Below, in pieces: positions 40,112 to 52,110 of a stretch of 64,000 nucleotides of DNA (within the stretch, counting starts at the first letter, position 1; each line of letters starts with the position of its first letter). The stretch is taken from positions 2,790,001 to 2,854,000 of the forward strand of contig CP075494.1 of NCBI GenBank assembly GCA_021613535.1, in the 5' to 3' direction. The translations under genes were made by a program, and so were the position numbers. This stretch comes from Adineta vaga. Lineage: Eukaryota; Animalia; Rotifera. The notes below the pieces were generated by a model. The model searched no databases and was not told the origin of the DNA. It worked only from the letters and a program-made list of their open reading frames with translations.

Positions 40112-43100
40112 ACGTAGGATATCCTAGCTCCCGATTCGAGTTTTTCCTGGGCCGATTCGCCCATGAAAAGTTTCCAACTATGCTGACCAACTTTCCAAGT
40201 AGAACTCGATGAGCTCTACATTTTCGTTTTTGACACTTTTTCAGTCAGACCACTCCTTCCCACCCAAAAATGCAAAATACCGCAAAAAGTCGTGCAAAAA
40301 ATGTGAATTTCATGGTTTTTCCTGGGCCGATTCGCCCATGAAACGTTTCCAACTATACTGACCAACTTTCCAAGTAGAACTTGATGAGCTCTACAATTTC
40401 GTAATTGAAACTTTTTCAGTCAGACCCCTCCTTCCTGCCCAAAGTGCCAGAAACCACCCAAAATCCATGAAAACGTGAGTTTTTCCTGGGCCGATTCGCT
40501 CAAGAGCTTCTTCGAATGAAACAAACATTGTTTACAGGTAGATCTTGATTAGCACTATTGATTTCACATCTTATTTTTTAATCTCGAACGAGTTATCATC
40601 GAGAAAGAGGCTATTTAATGTTATCTTAGTTACAAACATATTCAGCTCCATCATTCATTGACTTGTTTGTATTGACCAATAGAAATAGAGCAATCAAAGA
40701 TGATCGATTTTTCCAAAAAATTTATTGTTACAAATTATCAAAATTATAATTACTGAGAAAAAAGTATTTTATTTTAATTTATTTATTTAATAGGACTATG
40801 AGAACAATATATGTGTGCATTTGATTAATTTCGAAACAATCAATCATTGTTCTCAACTAGCAGTGACATTCTGGAAAATCTTCTATTGGTCGATTTTTTA
40901 TAACGACTGAATTTACGAGAAAAGCAAGATAGCGGGATATATTGTGTAAAAGGAAGTTATTGAAGAAACAATATGGAAAAAAAATATTGCAATGAAAATA
41001 ACATTTTAAATTTATTTTTGAGAATTAAAATTAAAATTACAAATCTTTCGTTTTGGAAATTAGCAGAATGTTTTGATTTGATCTGTTCGATATCCAAAGA
41101 CTAAATATCTTGAACTTTATATTCAGAAATTTGAAAAAACAAATTTTTTGTTTCGTTATGATAAGACGTTTGATTGACTCTTATTCTTTAGCCTTCTCAG
41201 TTTTTGTTTAGTGACTCGAAAGAAGCCGATCATATTTATTTTTATCTCATAAATGAATCGGCGACTTGCAGAATTATATTTAATACCGAAAAGTAGAAGT
41301 GATGATGGCAAAGATAATACCTCCTCTCCTTTGACACTTACGATTAAAAGATAATATCATCGCTGTCTCTTGATGATCAAAAGTGAATGACTGATTGTGT
41401 TTGTTTATTGATAGTTGATGAAAGAATTTTGTTTTCTCTCTGAATTTCGTCATATGAATTTTTCGTATGAGAATATTGCACTTCTATTGGTCAACTAGAA
41501 TTAATTTTGAATAGCGAGGAAAGAATATCATTAATTTATTCTTAGTTGACAAAATCGGGCGGAAATATTTTTTTGTTTTATCATAACTTCTTCTTCTATC
41601 CTTAATCACACTACTTTTTTATTACATTTCAACTGTATCGGTATAATCAGATCATGGCTGGGAAAAAGGCAGGTAAAGAAGCTAAAAATAATATCTGGTC
41701 TCTTATTACTGTAGAACAATTGGCTACTGCTATTGCTTCTCTTGGAAATTGTATTAAGGGACTCGACAAAGAAACTTGGCGATTATCTACTCAAACTAAA
41801 TTATCAAATTCTCTCTGGGCTCAAGTTATTGAAAAATTAGGAATTAATCACAATGAAAAATATCGTCATTCGTTATACAATATATGGAATTCAAAGAATG
41901 ATACTACTAAACATTTAAAGCAAAGAATAAAAATGATAGTCATAAATGAAAATGACGATAAGACTAATACAACAGCAGATATTTCTCTTACAACGGAAGC
42001 TATTCCAAACTTACCACTTGCTCCATCATTATCGTTACCTCATAGGCTAGAAACACGTGCGAAACAATCGGAAAATGCTGATAATAATGCCACTAAAAAA
42101 TCAGTTATTGGTGAAGTATCATTTACTTTAACTGCAAGTCAATGGAAGGCTGCATTTAGCCAAACGCTTAAAAAAATGAACAAGGCGTAGACCAAAATAT
42201 TTTCTGTTAAGTTGGAGTCTTGTGGATTCAAATGTGCAGTAGCTTTCAGTAAAGCACACATAAGAAAAGGTAAACGAAAAACTACATCTAACTTTTTTTG
42301 GTGTCGTGCTAGGTGCACTAATAGCGACTGCACCAGATTATATGTTATTAGTCTTCGAAATCAACCGGATATCAATACATCTGCACTATTTCTCATGCGC
42401 ATTTATGGTACAGAAAATCATAATTCTGAAAAACAAACAATGGTATGTCAACTCGAGAGTGAGGAACGTTATCTTGTGGGTAAGTAACTGTAGTATTTAC
42501 TCTTAAAAGTTGTATTGTTATGACATATTTATTTTAGGAGAACGAGCAAATGAAATTGGTCCTTTAGCAGTATTTCGTGAACGTGTACAGGCGGCTGACG
42601 AAAATTTGCTCGCAGCAGGTAATCACACCAGCTGTGAAACAATTGAAGTAATCAAAAAAAACATCATCTGATTATCGTAAAAAATATCAAGTAGACGAAA
42701 ATATCTTCACCGCATGTCGTATTGTTGCTTCTGCTTATCGGAAAGCGGACATTACTTCTACCATTGTGAAAGGTAAACGAGTACTACACATGAGGATAAT
42801 ATATTATTAGTTTACTTTTTATTTTATTTTCTGCAGGATACATTCAAGTTATTGGCGAAATGCCATTCCGTGTACATCTATTCTCGGAGCCGCAAATTGA
42901 AAAATATGTCGACTATTGCAGAAGGGAGAAATATTCATACGTACATATTGATGCTAACGGCGACGTATTAAAACATATGACTGAACAGAACCAAACATTG
43001 CTTCATGCAATTGTTTTCAAAGGTGAAATAGATTGTACTCATACTGCTACACTTGCACATGCATTTCTTACAGATCATACGGTTCCTAGTATTAGTTACT

Positions 43101-43871
43101 TTTTGGGAAACTTAAATCATGAAATAACAGAATTCAAAAAGAAAACAGTTCTTCCTTCCTTTTTTGTAATTGATTTTTCAGCTGCCCTTATGAATTCAAT
43201 TTTTCAAGCATTCAATTTAGAAAACATTAATTCACATTTAACTCAATAGATGTGAAATCAATAGTGCTAATCAAGATCTATCTGTAAACAATGTTTGTTT
43301 CATTCGAAGAAGCTCTTGAGCGAATCGGCCCAGGAAAAACTCACGTTTTCATGGATTTTGGGTGGTTTCTGGCACTTTGGGCAGGAAGGAGGGGTCTGAC
43401 TGAAAAAGTGTCAAAGACGAAAATGTAGAGCTCATCAAGTTCTACTTGGAAAGTTGGTCAGCATAGTTGGAAACGTTTCATGGGCGAATCGGCCCAGGAA
43501 AAACTCACGTTTTCATGGATTTTGGGTGGTTTCTGGCACTTTGGGCAGGAAGGAGGGGTCTGACTGAAAAAGTGTCAAAGACGAAATTGTAGAGCTCATC
43601 AAGTTCTACTTGGAAAGTTGGTCAGCATAGTTGGAAACGTTTCATGGGCGAATCGGCCCAGAAAAAACCATGAAATTCACATTTTTTGCACGACTTTTTG
43701 CGGTATTTTGCATTTTTGGGTGGGAAGGAGTGGTCTGACTGAAAAAGTGTCAAAAACGAAAATGTAGAGCTCATCAAGTTCTACTTGGAAAGTTGGTCAG
43801 CATAGTTGGAAACCTTTCATGGGCGAATCGGCCCAGGAAAAACTCGAATCGGGAGCTAGGATATCCTACGT
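40112..43871 (+). mobile_element. 3,760-bp internally deleted Mutator-like foldback element related to 24084..37443
   Basis: 9-bp TSD ATTTTTCTA (40103-40111, 43872-43880). Termini ACGTAGGATATCCTAGCTCCCGATTCGAG and its reverse complement. TIRs 40112-40571 and 43248-43871; the right TIR has one extra 164-bp unit. Confidence 0.92.
41654..43249 (+). pseudogene. Truncated MULE transposase
   Basis: Homologous to 28121..32765 ('YVHIDANG', 'FVIDFSAALMNS', 'FFWCRARCTNSDC'). Premature TAG at 42188-42190 (Trp in the paralog), frameshift at the A-run ~42654-42661, and truncation at the inner edge of the right TIR before the catalytic Glu. Confidence 0.85.
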
Positions 43872-44080
43872 ATTTTTCTATCGTTTAGAGAATTAATATA
43901 TATACAACTTTTCTTGTCTTTTTTAAGTGTATTGTTTTCTGATTATGATAACGAAAATCTGAATTAAACTTTTCGAAATCATTTCTATATTTAAAATTCA
44001 TTATTAGATTCTTTTTATTTTTACGAAACAAATTCATAAACTTGTACTCATCGAATAGAAATCAATGATTTTCTCTTTAA

Positions 44081-46845
44081 CCCTGAAACGCCCACCTGGG
44101 GTCCATGCGGACCCCAGCTAGTTTCATTCTAATGTTTTATATATACGATGACAGATCATATCACGCCACTTTACATATGCTCTAGTGAAGAGTAGTAGAG
44201 TATACTATAGAAAGCATTCGCTTATCTCTTTAAGTCATCTATGAGATAAATTACTTCAAAGTTGATATATACGTATATTGCCCACCTGGGGTCCAACTGG
44301 ACCCCATATTATAACATTAGTTTTCTCCTAATATTTGATCATAAATTTTTCATTCTCATATTTTATACATCTGTCCACTCATGTGGGAATATTCTATAGC
44401 TCTCTAATAAACTGTGAAATATATCAGTCGCATTAAAACGGTATATTCTGCATATCTGACTATTCTTACAACTCTTCTGTTATTTTTTTAAATAATTACG
44501 TCTCCAATGTAAAAGTTGAATATTTTCATGAATAATACTTTTGTGCAGTACGACTCTACATGCATAGGTTTTTCTTTCTGCTATTGACATGACGTCACTA
44601 TATATACATATTATATGTATATCTTATTTCGTTCTGCTATCATACGTTCATACGTGCATCATTTTTCTGGTATGTTCAAGTACACATGTTTTTTTTCTCG
44701 TTCTTTCTATATAGATGACATATGCTCTCTCTTGTAGCTTCTAGTAATTCCACTTATTTCTGCCATTTTCTAGCGAGTTCTTTGATTTTCTTCATAAAAA
44801 CCTATATAAACCCATTCACTGAAATAGTAAAGTCATTATATATCTCACTACCTACGACTATTATACGAAAACATATGGATTCGAAGAAACGCTCTAATTC
44901 CAATCAATCGAAACACTGGTCTCGATATTCCAAGCACTTCAACGATGAGTCGAACGACGAAGATGATGATGTTGATAATGATTCTGAAGATGACGAAATA
45001 CCTTTTACTCTTCAAGAAAGTTCTGATGAATCAGATGGTGGCGTGGTTGAAAAGGATTCAGATGATGAATCTGGTACAAGTACTGTTGAAACTGAAAGTA
45101 ACAGTGATGATGAACCACCTAGACGTCGAGCAAAACGTCAATGAAAGGCTGAGCAATCACCAGTTCAAATATTTACAGCAAAATCTGGATGTCAATGGAC
45201 ATCAAAGGAACCTCCCAAAAGAAAAATACCATCAGCTAATATCTTACGACAGCAAAATGGTGTTGGACGACTAGCTGCAGGTATACAAACAGTGAAAGAA
45301 GCATTTCAGGTTTTGATCACTCAAGAAATGGTTCTTATCTTGGTGAAGGAAACTAATCGACGAGCGCATCTGATCTTGGGACAGTGGAATAAGAAAAATT
45401 CTGGTAAAGAATACCAATGGAGGGATACGGATCTTGAAGAAATGTGGGCTTTCATTGAGTTATTACTCCTCGCAGGTATTCATCGAGCAAAGAATGAAAG
45501 TTTGAATGAATTGTGGTCAATGATCAATGGACGACCTATATTTTGAGCAACTATGTCCAAGAATCGTTTCAAAGCCTTACTTCAGTTTTGCCGATTCGAC
45601 GATACAACAACACGAGAGGAAAGACTGAAGTCAGATAAACTAGCAGCAATACGAGATTTATGGACAATGTTCTTAGGTGGATTACAAATATGCTACACGC
45701 CTGGTGGATCGCTCACGGTAGACGAACAGCTTATTCCAACTCGTGGTCGATGCAATTTTCGTCAATATATGCCTAGTAAACCTGGGAAATATGGACTGAA
45801 GATCTTTTGGTGTTGTGATTCAGATACAGCATATCCTTGGATCAATACAGGACGAACCATTACTACAGACAACTATTTTACCAGAGCAGATTTGGCAGAA
45901 GATCTTCTAGGTGTTCAAACAACTCTTGTAGGAACTATTCGACGAAACAAAAAGGGAATTACACGGGAGCTGCAGCCAAATACACAACGTCCTGAGCAGT
46001 GATCTATATTTTGTTTCGATCGACAGCTAACACTAGTTAGTTATGTACCTAAAACATCACATACCGTGATTCTGCTGTCATCTCTTCATCATGATCAGAC
46101 AATTGTCGACGATGAAAAGAAAAAACCAGAGATTATTTTATATTACAATAGCACAAAAGGTGGTGTTGATCATATGGACCAGATGGTTCAAACTTATTCG
46201 TGCAAACGAAAGACAAAACGATGGCCAATGACTTTCTTTTTCAACATACTTGATCTTGGTGCTCTTGCTGCTTTTGTGGTATGGACAACCAAAAATCCTC
46301 AATGGAATGAAAAGAAAAACTACCGTCGATGTCTATTTCTAATGGAATTAGGTTATGATCTTGTTCAGTTGCATTTGGATCGACGACGACATCAACCACA
46401 GGCACTTCAAAAGAACGTTCTGATGGCTATACAAGCGATTGGACTAACTGTTACTACTTCACACCCATCTATTGTTTCAACGGCTACTACCAAACAACGT
46501 TGCCATCTTTGCCCAAGAGAGCGTGATCGCAAGGTTATTACTCACTGTTCAAGTTGTAATGCTCCCTGTTGTCCAGATCATCACAGAGTTGTTTGCACGA
46601 CGTGTAGTGAAACATTTTTAGGATAAAAGTAGATTATACAAAAATGTTTTAGAAATAAATGATAAAATAACGAAATATAGTTTCTTTTTATAAGCTAATG
46701 AGTGTCTAAGAGACAAACTATATACCACATAATACTAGCATAGTATACTACTTAAAAGGTGTATTATATCTATCTTATTGGGTTGGGGTCCATGCGGACC
46801 CCAGGTGGGTTATAAGTGGTAGTCCTACAGGTGGGCGTATGAGGG
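44081..46845 (+). mobile_element. piggyBac DNA transposon (2,765 bp), decayed
   Basis: TTAA TSD (44077-44080, 46846-46849). TIRs CCCTGAAACGCCCACCTG / CAGGTGGGCGTATGAGGG, with subterminal GGGGTCC-N4-GGACCCC palindromes at both ends. Confidence 0.93.
44875..46626 (+). pseudogene. piggyBac (PGBD4-like) transposase pseudogene
   Basis: 'LTVDEQL', 'QYMPSKPGKYGLK', 'TTDNYFT', 'YNSTKGGVDHMD' and a C-terminal Cys-rich domain. Three in-frame TGA stops (45142, 45544, 46000) and an apparent internal deletion after 'TAYP'. Confidence 0.9.
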
Positions 46846-47007
46846 TTAAAATAGGTTCTACTTGAGAAAAGATTTATAATCTTATGAAAAAAAAGATACA
46901 AATTGATGCGATGTCTAAAACTATTTCAAACAAATTAAGTCTTTACAATTCACTTCGTCTTTTTTCTTTCAAAAGAATTCTTCAGTCACGAGTTCTATAA
47001 TAAATCT

Positions 47008-47102
47008 ATTTCGTATTTTCAATACGACAAGAAGCAAGACGTGTTCGTCCTACGACATTTGATATGGGAGTTATTGTGATCAGACAGAGACACAATCGAT
47101 AG
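47008..47102 (+). pseudogene. 3' remnant of a third GPCR tandem copy
   Basis: Encodes 'IRQEARRVRPTTFDMGVIVIRQR', matching the C-terminus of 22498..23439. It follows spacer sequence homologous to 38590-38735. Confidence 0.65.
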
Positions 47103-49339
47103 ATAGAAAACCATTCATTTTAAACAACAAAGTTTAGATCTGTTAAAAAGAAGTAGTAGTTAGTAGAAAATTGCTGGAAGATCTAACTCAATCTATTCTA
47201 TGCAGAGAAATTTATGTAAAATCCGATCAACTAGCAATGTTTCCTTCGGAAAAGAATTTGATCATGTAAATTTGTGTTATTGATAATTTCATATTTATTA
47301 GAAATTTGAATAAAAATAATGAAGAAAGTCATTTTGTTCTCAAAATTTCTTTTCAATATGAATAAATGAGAAGAATATCTTGTGATGATTGTCGAAAATT
47401 TTATAAAATACAAATCACTGTTGAGTTTGAACGTAAGTAATTTATAAATCAAGCTGAAAATCGAACATAAAGAATTAATAATGCTTGTGGAAGGAGACTC
47501 GCTTAACCCTCGACTGATTTTAATATCATATTATATCTATCAAAATCTTTCAAAACATATACGACTACATACAGTTGTACATGCCATTCTCTTTAACTAA
47601 TGCGTCGATTATTTAAAGACAGGTAACATGTAAGTAACAACTTTTCGTATCCCATAATCCGCATAAGTTTGTAACAACATTCAATCGCACTCAAATCTTT
47701 TTACCTGTGATCGTAAACATGATGAATACAAAAATCGAAGACGAAAGCGCGTTACTAGCTCATACTGAAGAATAAAGCTACGTATATTTTTAGTCATTTT
47801 TATGATCTCGAATTCTGATTACTAGATTTTATCAACTTCAATTTCTGATAGGTAGCGAAACATTGATGAGACGGATGGGATAACATTTTTATGTTGTGTG
47901 ACCTTTGACCCTTCTTTTGTGCCTCCTCTTCCGTCATCCCACTCTCACCCTACGTTTGGTTTTCAATCTTCAAGATCGTTTTGAAGAAAATGTTTTTCTA
48001 CAAAACCCTCTTTTCAGTCGAAGAAAAAAACGACTGAAGTTACGAAAAGATTTTCATCGTCTTACACCCTCAAATTTTTATTATCTTGAAAAGCTTTCTC
48101 AAAATCAAATTCTTTTATATATATACTTTTGCATTTTAACTTGAACATTACATGAACTACCAACATAGCAAAATAGGTAGATTTGTTAACGAAAGCAATA
48201 TTTTCTTTTAAACTCTTTCTTGTCAAGTATAACTAACATAAAATATAACGTTACCAATTCAATAATACATATTTAAATCATATAATAGGCACATGCACAT
48301 GTAAGAAATAAATTTATAGTTCGATACTCGAATACAACTATTTAGTTAATCATTTATGATGTGCCTAATATGAGGAATAGAAGGTAATAACTGGATAACT
48401 GAACTGAGTACTTGAGTAATTGAATTCGAACTTTCGAATTCGATACTATATTGGGTCAAGCACATCATGTATCGATGGAGAATGAAAATTAAGAGTATAG
48501 TCTCACTCACACCCACACCCTCAAAATGATTGCGTATGAGTGACGTTCGGGCGGTAATTATGAAATCAGTGCTACCTATTTTTAATTATGCACCAATCGA
48601 ACAATTAGCAAAAAAAACACCTGTGAAATGAATATTTGCATGAGTAAGAATGGTGAAAATTTCGATAAGACATGTTTACATATGCATCGATAGTTTTCAT
48701 CATTAGAGTGAATACATAAAATAATATCATTTGAAAAACATGAAAATGTCATGTTTTCGGAACTGTGGCTCGACTACGCCCACAGTTAATAAGTAAATAT
48801 TGCTGCATTGATTCGAATTCAGACGTGAAAATCAATTGTAGTCTTTCCTTTTACGACAACTATGTTCTATTCATATATAGATCATAAATATCAGGTAAGG
48901 TAAAACTTCTCCGAACATATTACTTCATTTATTATTTTCTACAACGTATTTTGGGACAATAAAAAATAGCTGTTAAGAAGCATCGTTAAAAGCACTTTCT
49001 AATTGTCGACACGAAACATTTGTCACGTTTTGACTTTGAGTAACTTCACCTCATGTACACTGAAAAATACTGATGACAGAAGAAATTGATATTTCAGTAT
49101 TATTGAAGTATTTCTTGTCGGTTCATCACGGTTTGTTACTTTTTTCTACATTACATTTATTATTTAATTGTCTACGAACATGATCAAAAGATATAGTTAG
49201 TTACTGTTTTCAACACAAATTCTGAAGATGTAAATGATGAATATTTTTCTTTTTTAACATTATCTCTTTCTTTTTTTTTGGAAAATTCATACCTAACTTA
49301 CTGAATAATTTGCATTTAGGAAGATAATCAACATAGATC

Positions 49340-50317
49340 ATGTTTGCAGACCTTGAATACCATGTACAGTCTATTCAATATTGGAGACAACAACGCGAAG
49401 CATCACCGGAGATTGAATTCTCCTTATGGCGTACGTTTAAACATCATATTCCACGTTTTATTCTTACTGCTGTGTTTGATCTCATTCTTCCACTTGTTCT
49501 TTTTTTTGTTTTACAAAATCACCTCGAAACAGTCTATGTCCTCTTAATCTCAGGTGCGCCACCGCTGGTCATGATTTTTCTCAAAGCTATCATATCACGA
49601 ACATTCGACGCACTTGGTTTTCTTATTTTAGCTGGTTTTGTTATTTCGGCTATTGTTGCACTTGTCACAAAGAATGATACTATACTTCTGATAGAAAAAT
49701 CGTTGATCTTAGGTGTTATTTCTATTATCTTTGCCATTACATTAATTCCAATTCCATGTTGTTGTAAACGATGTCGTTGGCGACCAATCGCATACTATAT
49801 CTATCAAGATTTATTACCAACGAAACGAAAAGATATTGGATTACCTGATGATATATTCGATCATCCAACAAATAAATTATATGATTCGAAAAAGAAATCA
49901 TCTGATAAAAAAGAAGTAGCACAAGTGTATGATTGGCTGTATACAAATTGTTCATCATTTCGTCGAACATGTTATGTAATAACGGCTATTTGGGCCGTTG
50001 GGCTTTTCTTGGAATTTATTGGTCGATTAACTCTTGTTCTTATTCATTTAAGCGTCACTCAAATTGTTATTTATGCACATGTTATTTTAGGTGTAGTGGT
50101 CGTCACATGTGGTCTATTAACAGTTATTTGTGTAACAAGAGAACGTAAAAAATCGATAGCATTCGTAAAACGATGGAAAGAAGGAAATTTGAGTATAGAA
50201 GATCCACAACAACAACGATCGACTCTTTCTCTTTGGATAATAGGAAACAGTCCCAATTCCAACGGATTTGTGACCGATTTAGGAAATCTAGTACTTAATT
50301 TTGTAGATTCGTTTTAG
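49340..50317 (+). CDS. Multi-pass membrane protein, VC0807-family-like
   Basis: 325-aa uninterrupted ORF with ~6 TM segments and the pattern 'D..LPL.L....LLISG.PP....D.LG......L.E.S...G......RP......FRR....IT..W'. An AG acceptor at ~49319 may indicate an upstream exon. Family call is from memory of the pattern. Confidence 0.6.
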   Translation: MFADLEYHVQSIQYWRQQREASPEIEFSLWRTFKHHIPRFILTAVFDLILPLVLFFVLQNHLETVYVLLISGAPPLVMIFLKAIISRTFDALGFLILAGFVISAIVALVTKNDTILLIEKSLILGVISIIFAITLIPIPCCCKRCRWRPIAYYIYQDLLPTKRKDIGLPDDIFDHPTNKLYDSKKKSSDKKEVAQVYDWLYTNCSSFRRTCYVITAIWAVGLFLEFIGRLTLVLIHLSVTQIVIYAHVILGVVVVTCGLLTVICVTRERKKSIAFVKRWKEGNLSIEDPQQQRSTLSLWIIGNSPNSNGFVTDLGNLVLNFVDSF

Positions 50318-51473
50318 TTTTAAATGGTAGTAGTTCGATACATTTGATTGAATGTTTTATTGGTGAATTGTACATCTTGAATTCATCTATAATTTTGCTC
50401 TGAAGATCATCTTACAAAATCCCATAGATGATCGATCGGAAGCTGACCTTCAGAGCAAAGTTATACAAGGCGTCGAGATCTGTAAATGAGTAGTAGATGA
50501 TATTTTGTAAATTTATATTTCGATTAAATCGTTACTCCACTACAATATGTAATCTACTTAATACAAATTTGAATATTATAAACATTCAATTCAGAACTGA
50601 GCAAGTCAACTCAAAAGCTAATTCAATCTTGACGCATAAAGAAAAGAGTTTATTGTTGTTCTCTAATTAAAATATCCACGTCGATGTACTAAAACCTTTG
50701 TAGACAAAGCATAAAAACAATTTGTATATATTTAAGGAACTCTCCTACCAGAGATCAACGGTACTGCAAAATTTTAGTGCGGTCTCGTACCGTACCGTAT
50801 CGTAATTGGACTAATCAATTTAAAACAAAAGAATCATAAATATATTAATAAGCCGCATGATGAGTCTATGTAATTAAAGACGAAACCGATTATGGCAACT
50901 ATACACACCTTCAACATAATCGCAGTATATGCTTGCATTGACAATTTCAGTATCATGCAACTCTTGTGTGAAACACATGGCGGTTAAATTCGGATCTGAG
51001 ATGAACTAATGGTTAGTTTTACAAATCTTTCAATTTGAATTAGAACGCGTCTCAACGCAATCTTTTAGAGACGTTTTGAAACAACTAATATTAAAATGAG
51101 TATGGATTGGCTTTTCTCTATTTTTTTCTGAGCCGTGATTACGACTTACAATACATTATTCATAGTGGAAGAGAAGAACAAAAAAATCTTTAATAAAGTC
51201 AACGTTTGATAACGACAAAACGAAAAACTATTCAGGCATCAACTATATCTATTCATCTGATATGTGTAGTAGCGTTTCATGATTTTGATTTTCTCTCATC
51301 AACTGCAATACTAGATAAAATGTATATCTTTAGGGTGTGAGTGTGGGGTGAGGATGGGGATGTGGTATATTTATTGGTCGATCCCACCCACAACCACAAC
51401 CACCCACGCCCTCAAATGAACTCGTACAAACTCTGATTTCAAACGAACATAATTTTTGGATTTGACAAATATA

Positions 51474-52040
51474 CAGGGTGGCCCAAAAGTCACGATACCG
51501 AAATAAAAAAATTGGATATCTTCCTTATGGCTAGACCAAAGAAGCTGATTTCTTTACCACATATAGAGGCATGTTCATACTCGAAATTCATGTAGACAAG
51601 ATTAGTGAGAACCTTTGCTAAGTATCAATATTGATCTCAACAAGGAAACTTTACTTTTTCACAAGAGGGAAAAACAATTTACAAGATAGCATACGATTCA
51701 CTTTATCGAAAAGCAAACTTGAATATCTCCTTTATGGCTCGAGCTGACGAGCTAATTTTTTCATCAAACACAGAGACATGTTTGTACGCAAAATCTACAC
51801 AGACGACATTAGTGAGAACCTATGTTAAGCATAATGCTTTTTTTCTATGTATGATCAAGTAAAAAATTTCTTGTTCTAGTCAATAGTGATACCTAACAAA
51901 GGTTCTCACTTATCTTGTCCACATGAATTTCGAGTATGAACATGCCTCTATATGTGGTAAAGAAATCGGCTTCTTTGGTCTAGCCATAAGGAAGATATCC
52001 AATTTTTTTATTTCGTTATCGTGACTTTTGGGCCACCCTG
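51474..52040. mobile_element. Tc1/mariner-type MITE (567 bp)
   Basis: TA TSD (51472-51473, 52041-52042). ~140-bp TIRs begin CAGGGTGGCCCAAAAGTCACG. A degenerate third copy of the TIR core lies at ~51721-51825. Confidence 0.9.
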
Positions 52041-52110
52041 TATATTCTTAATATTTATTTAAAGAAAATCTATGATATTTTTCATGAAAAAAATATGATG
52101 AGTAAATTAT

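Noticed and set aside
44875-46626. TGA read-through or alternative genetic code in piggyBac
   Set aside because: Neighbouring genes use TGA as a stop, the stops replace Arg/Ser-type positions, and the ORF also has an internal deletion.
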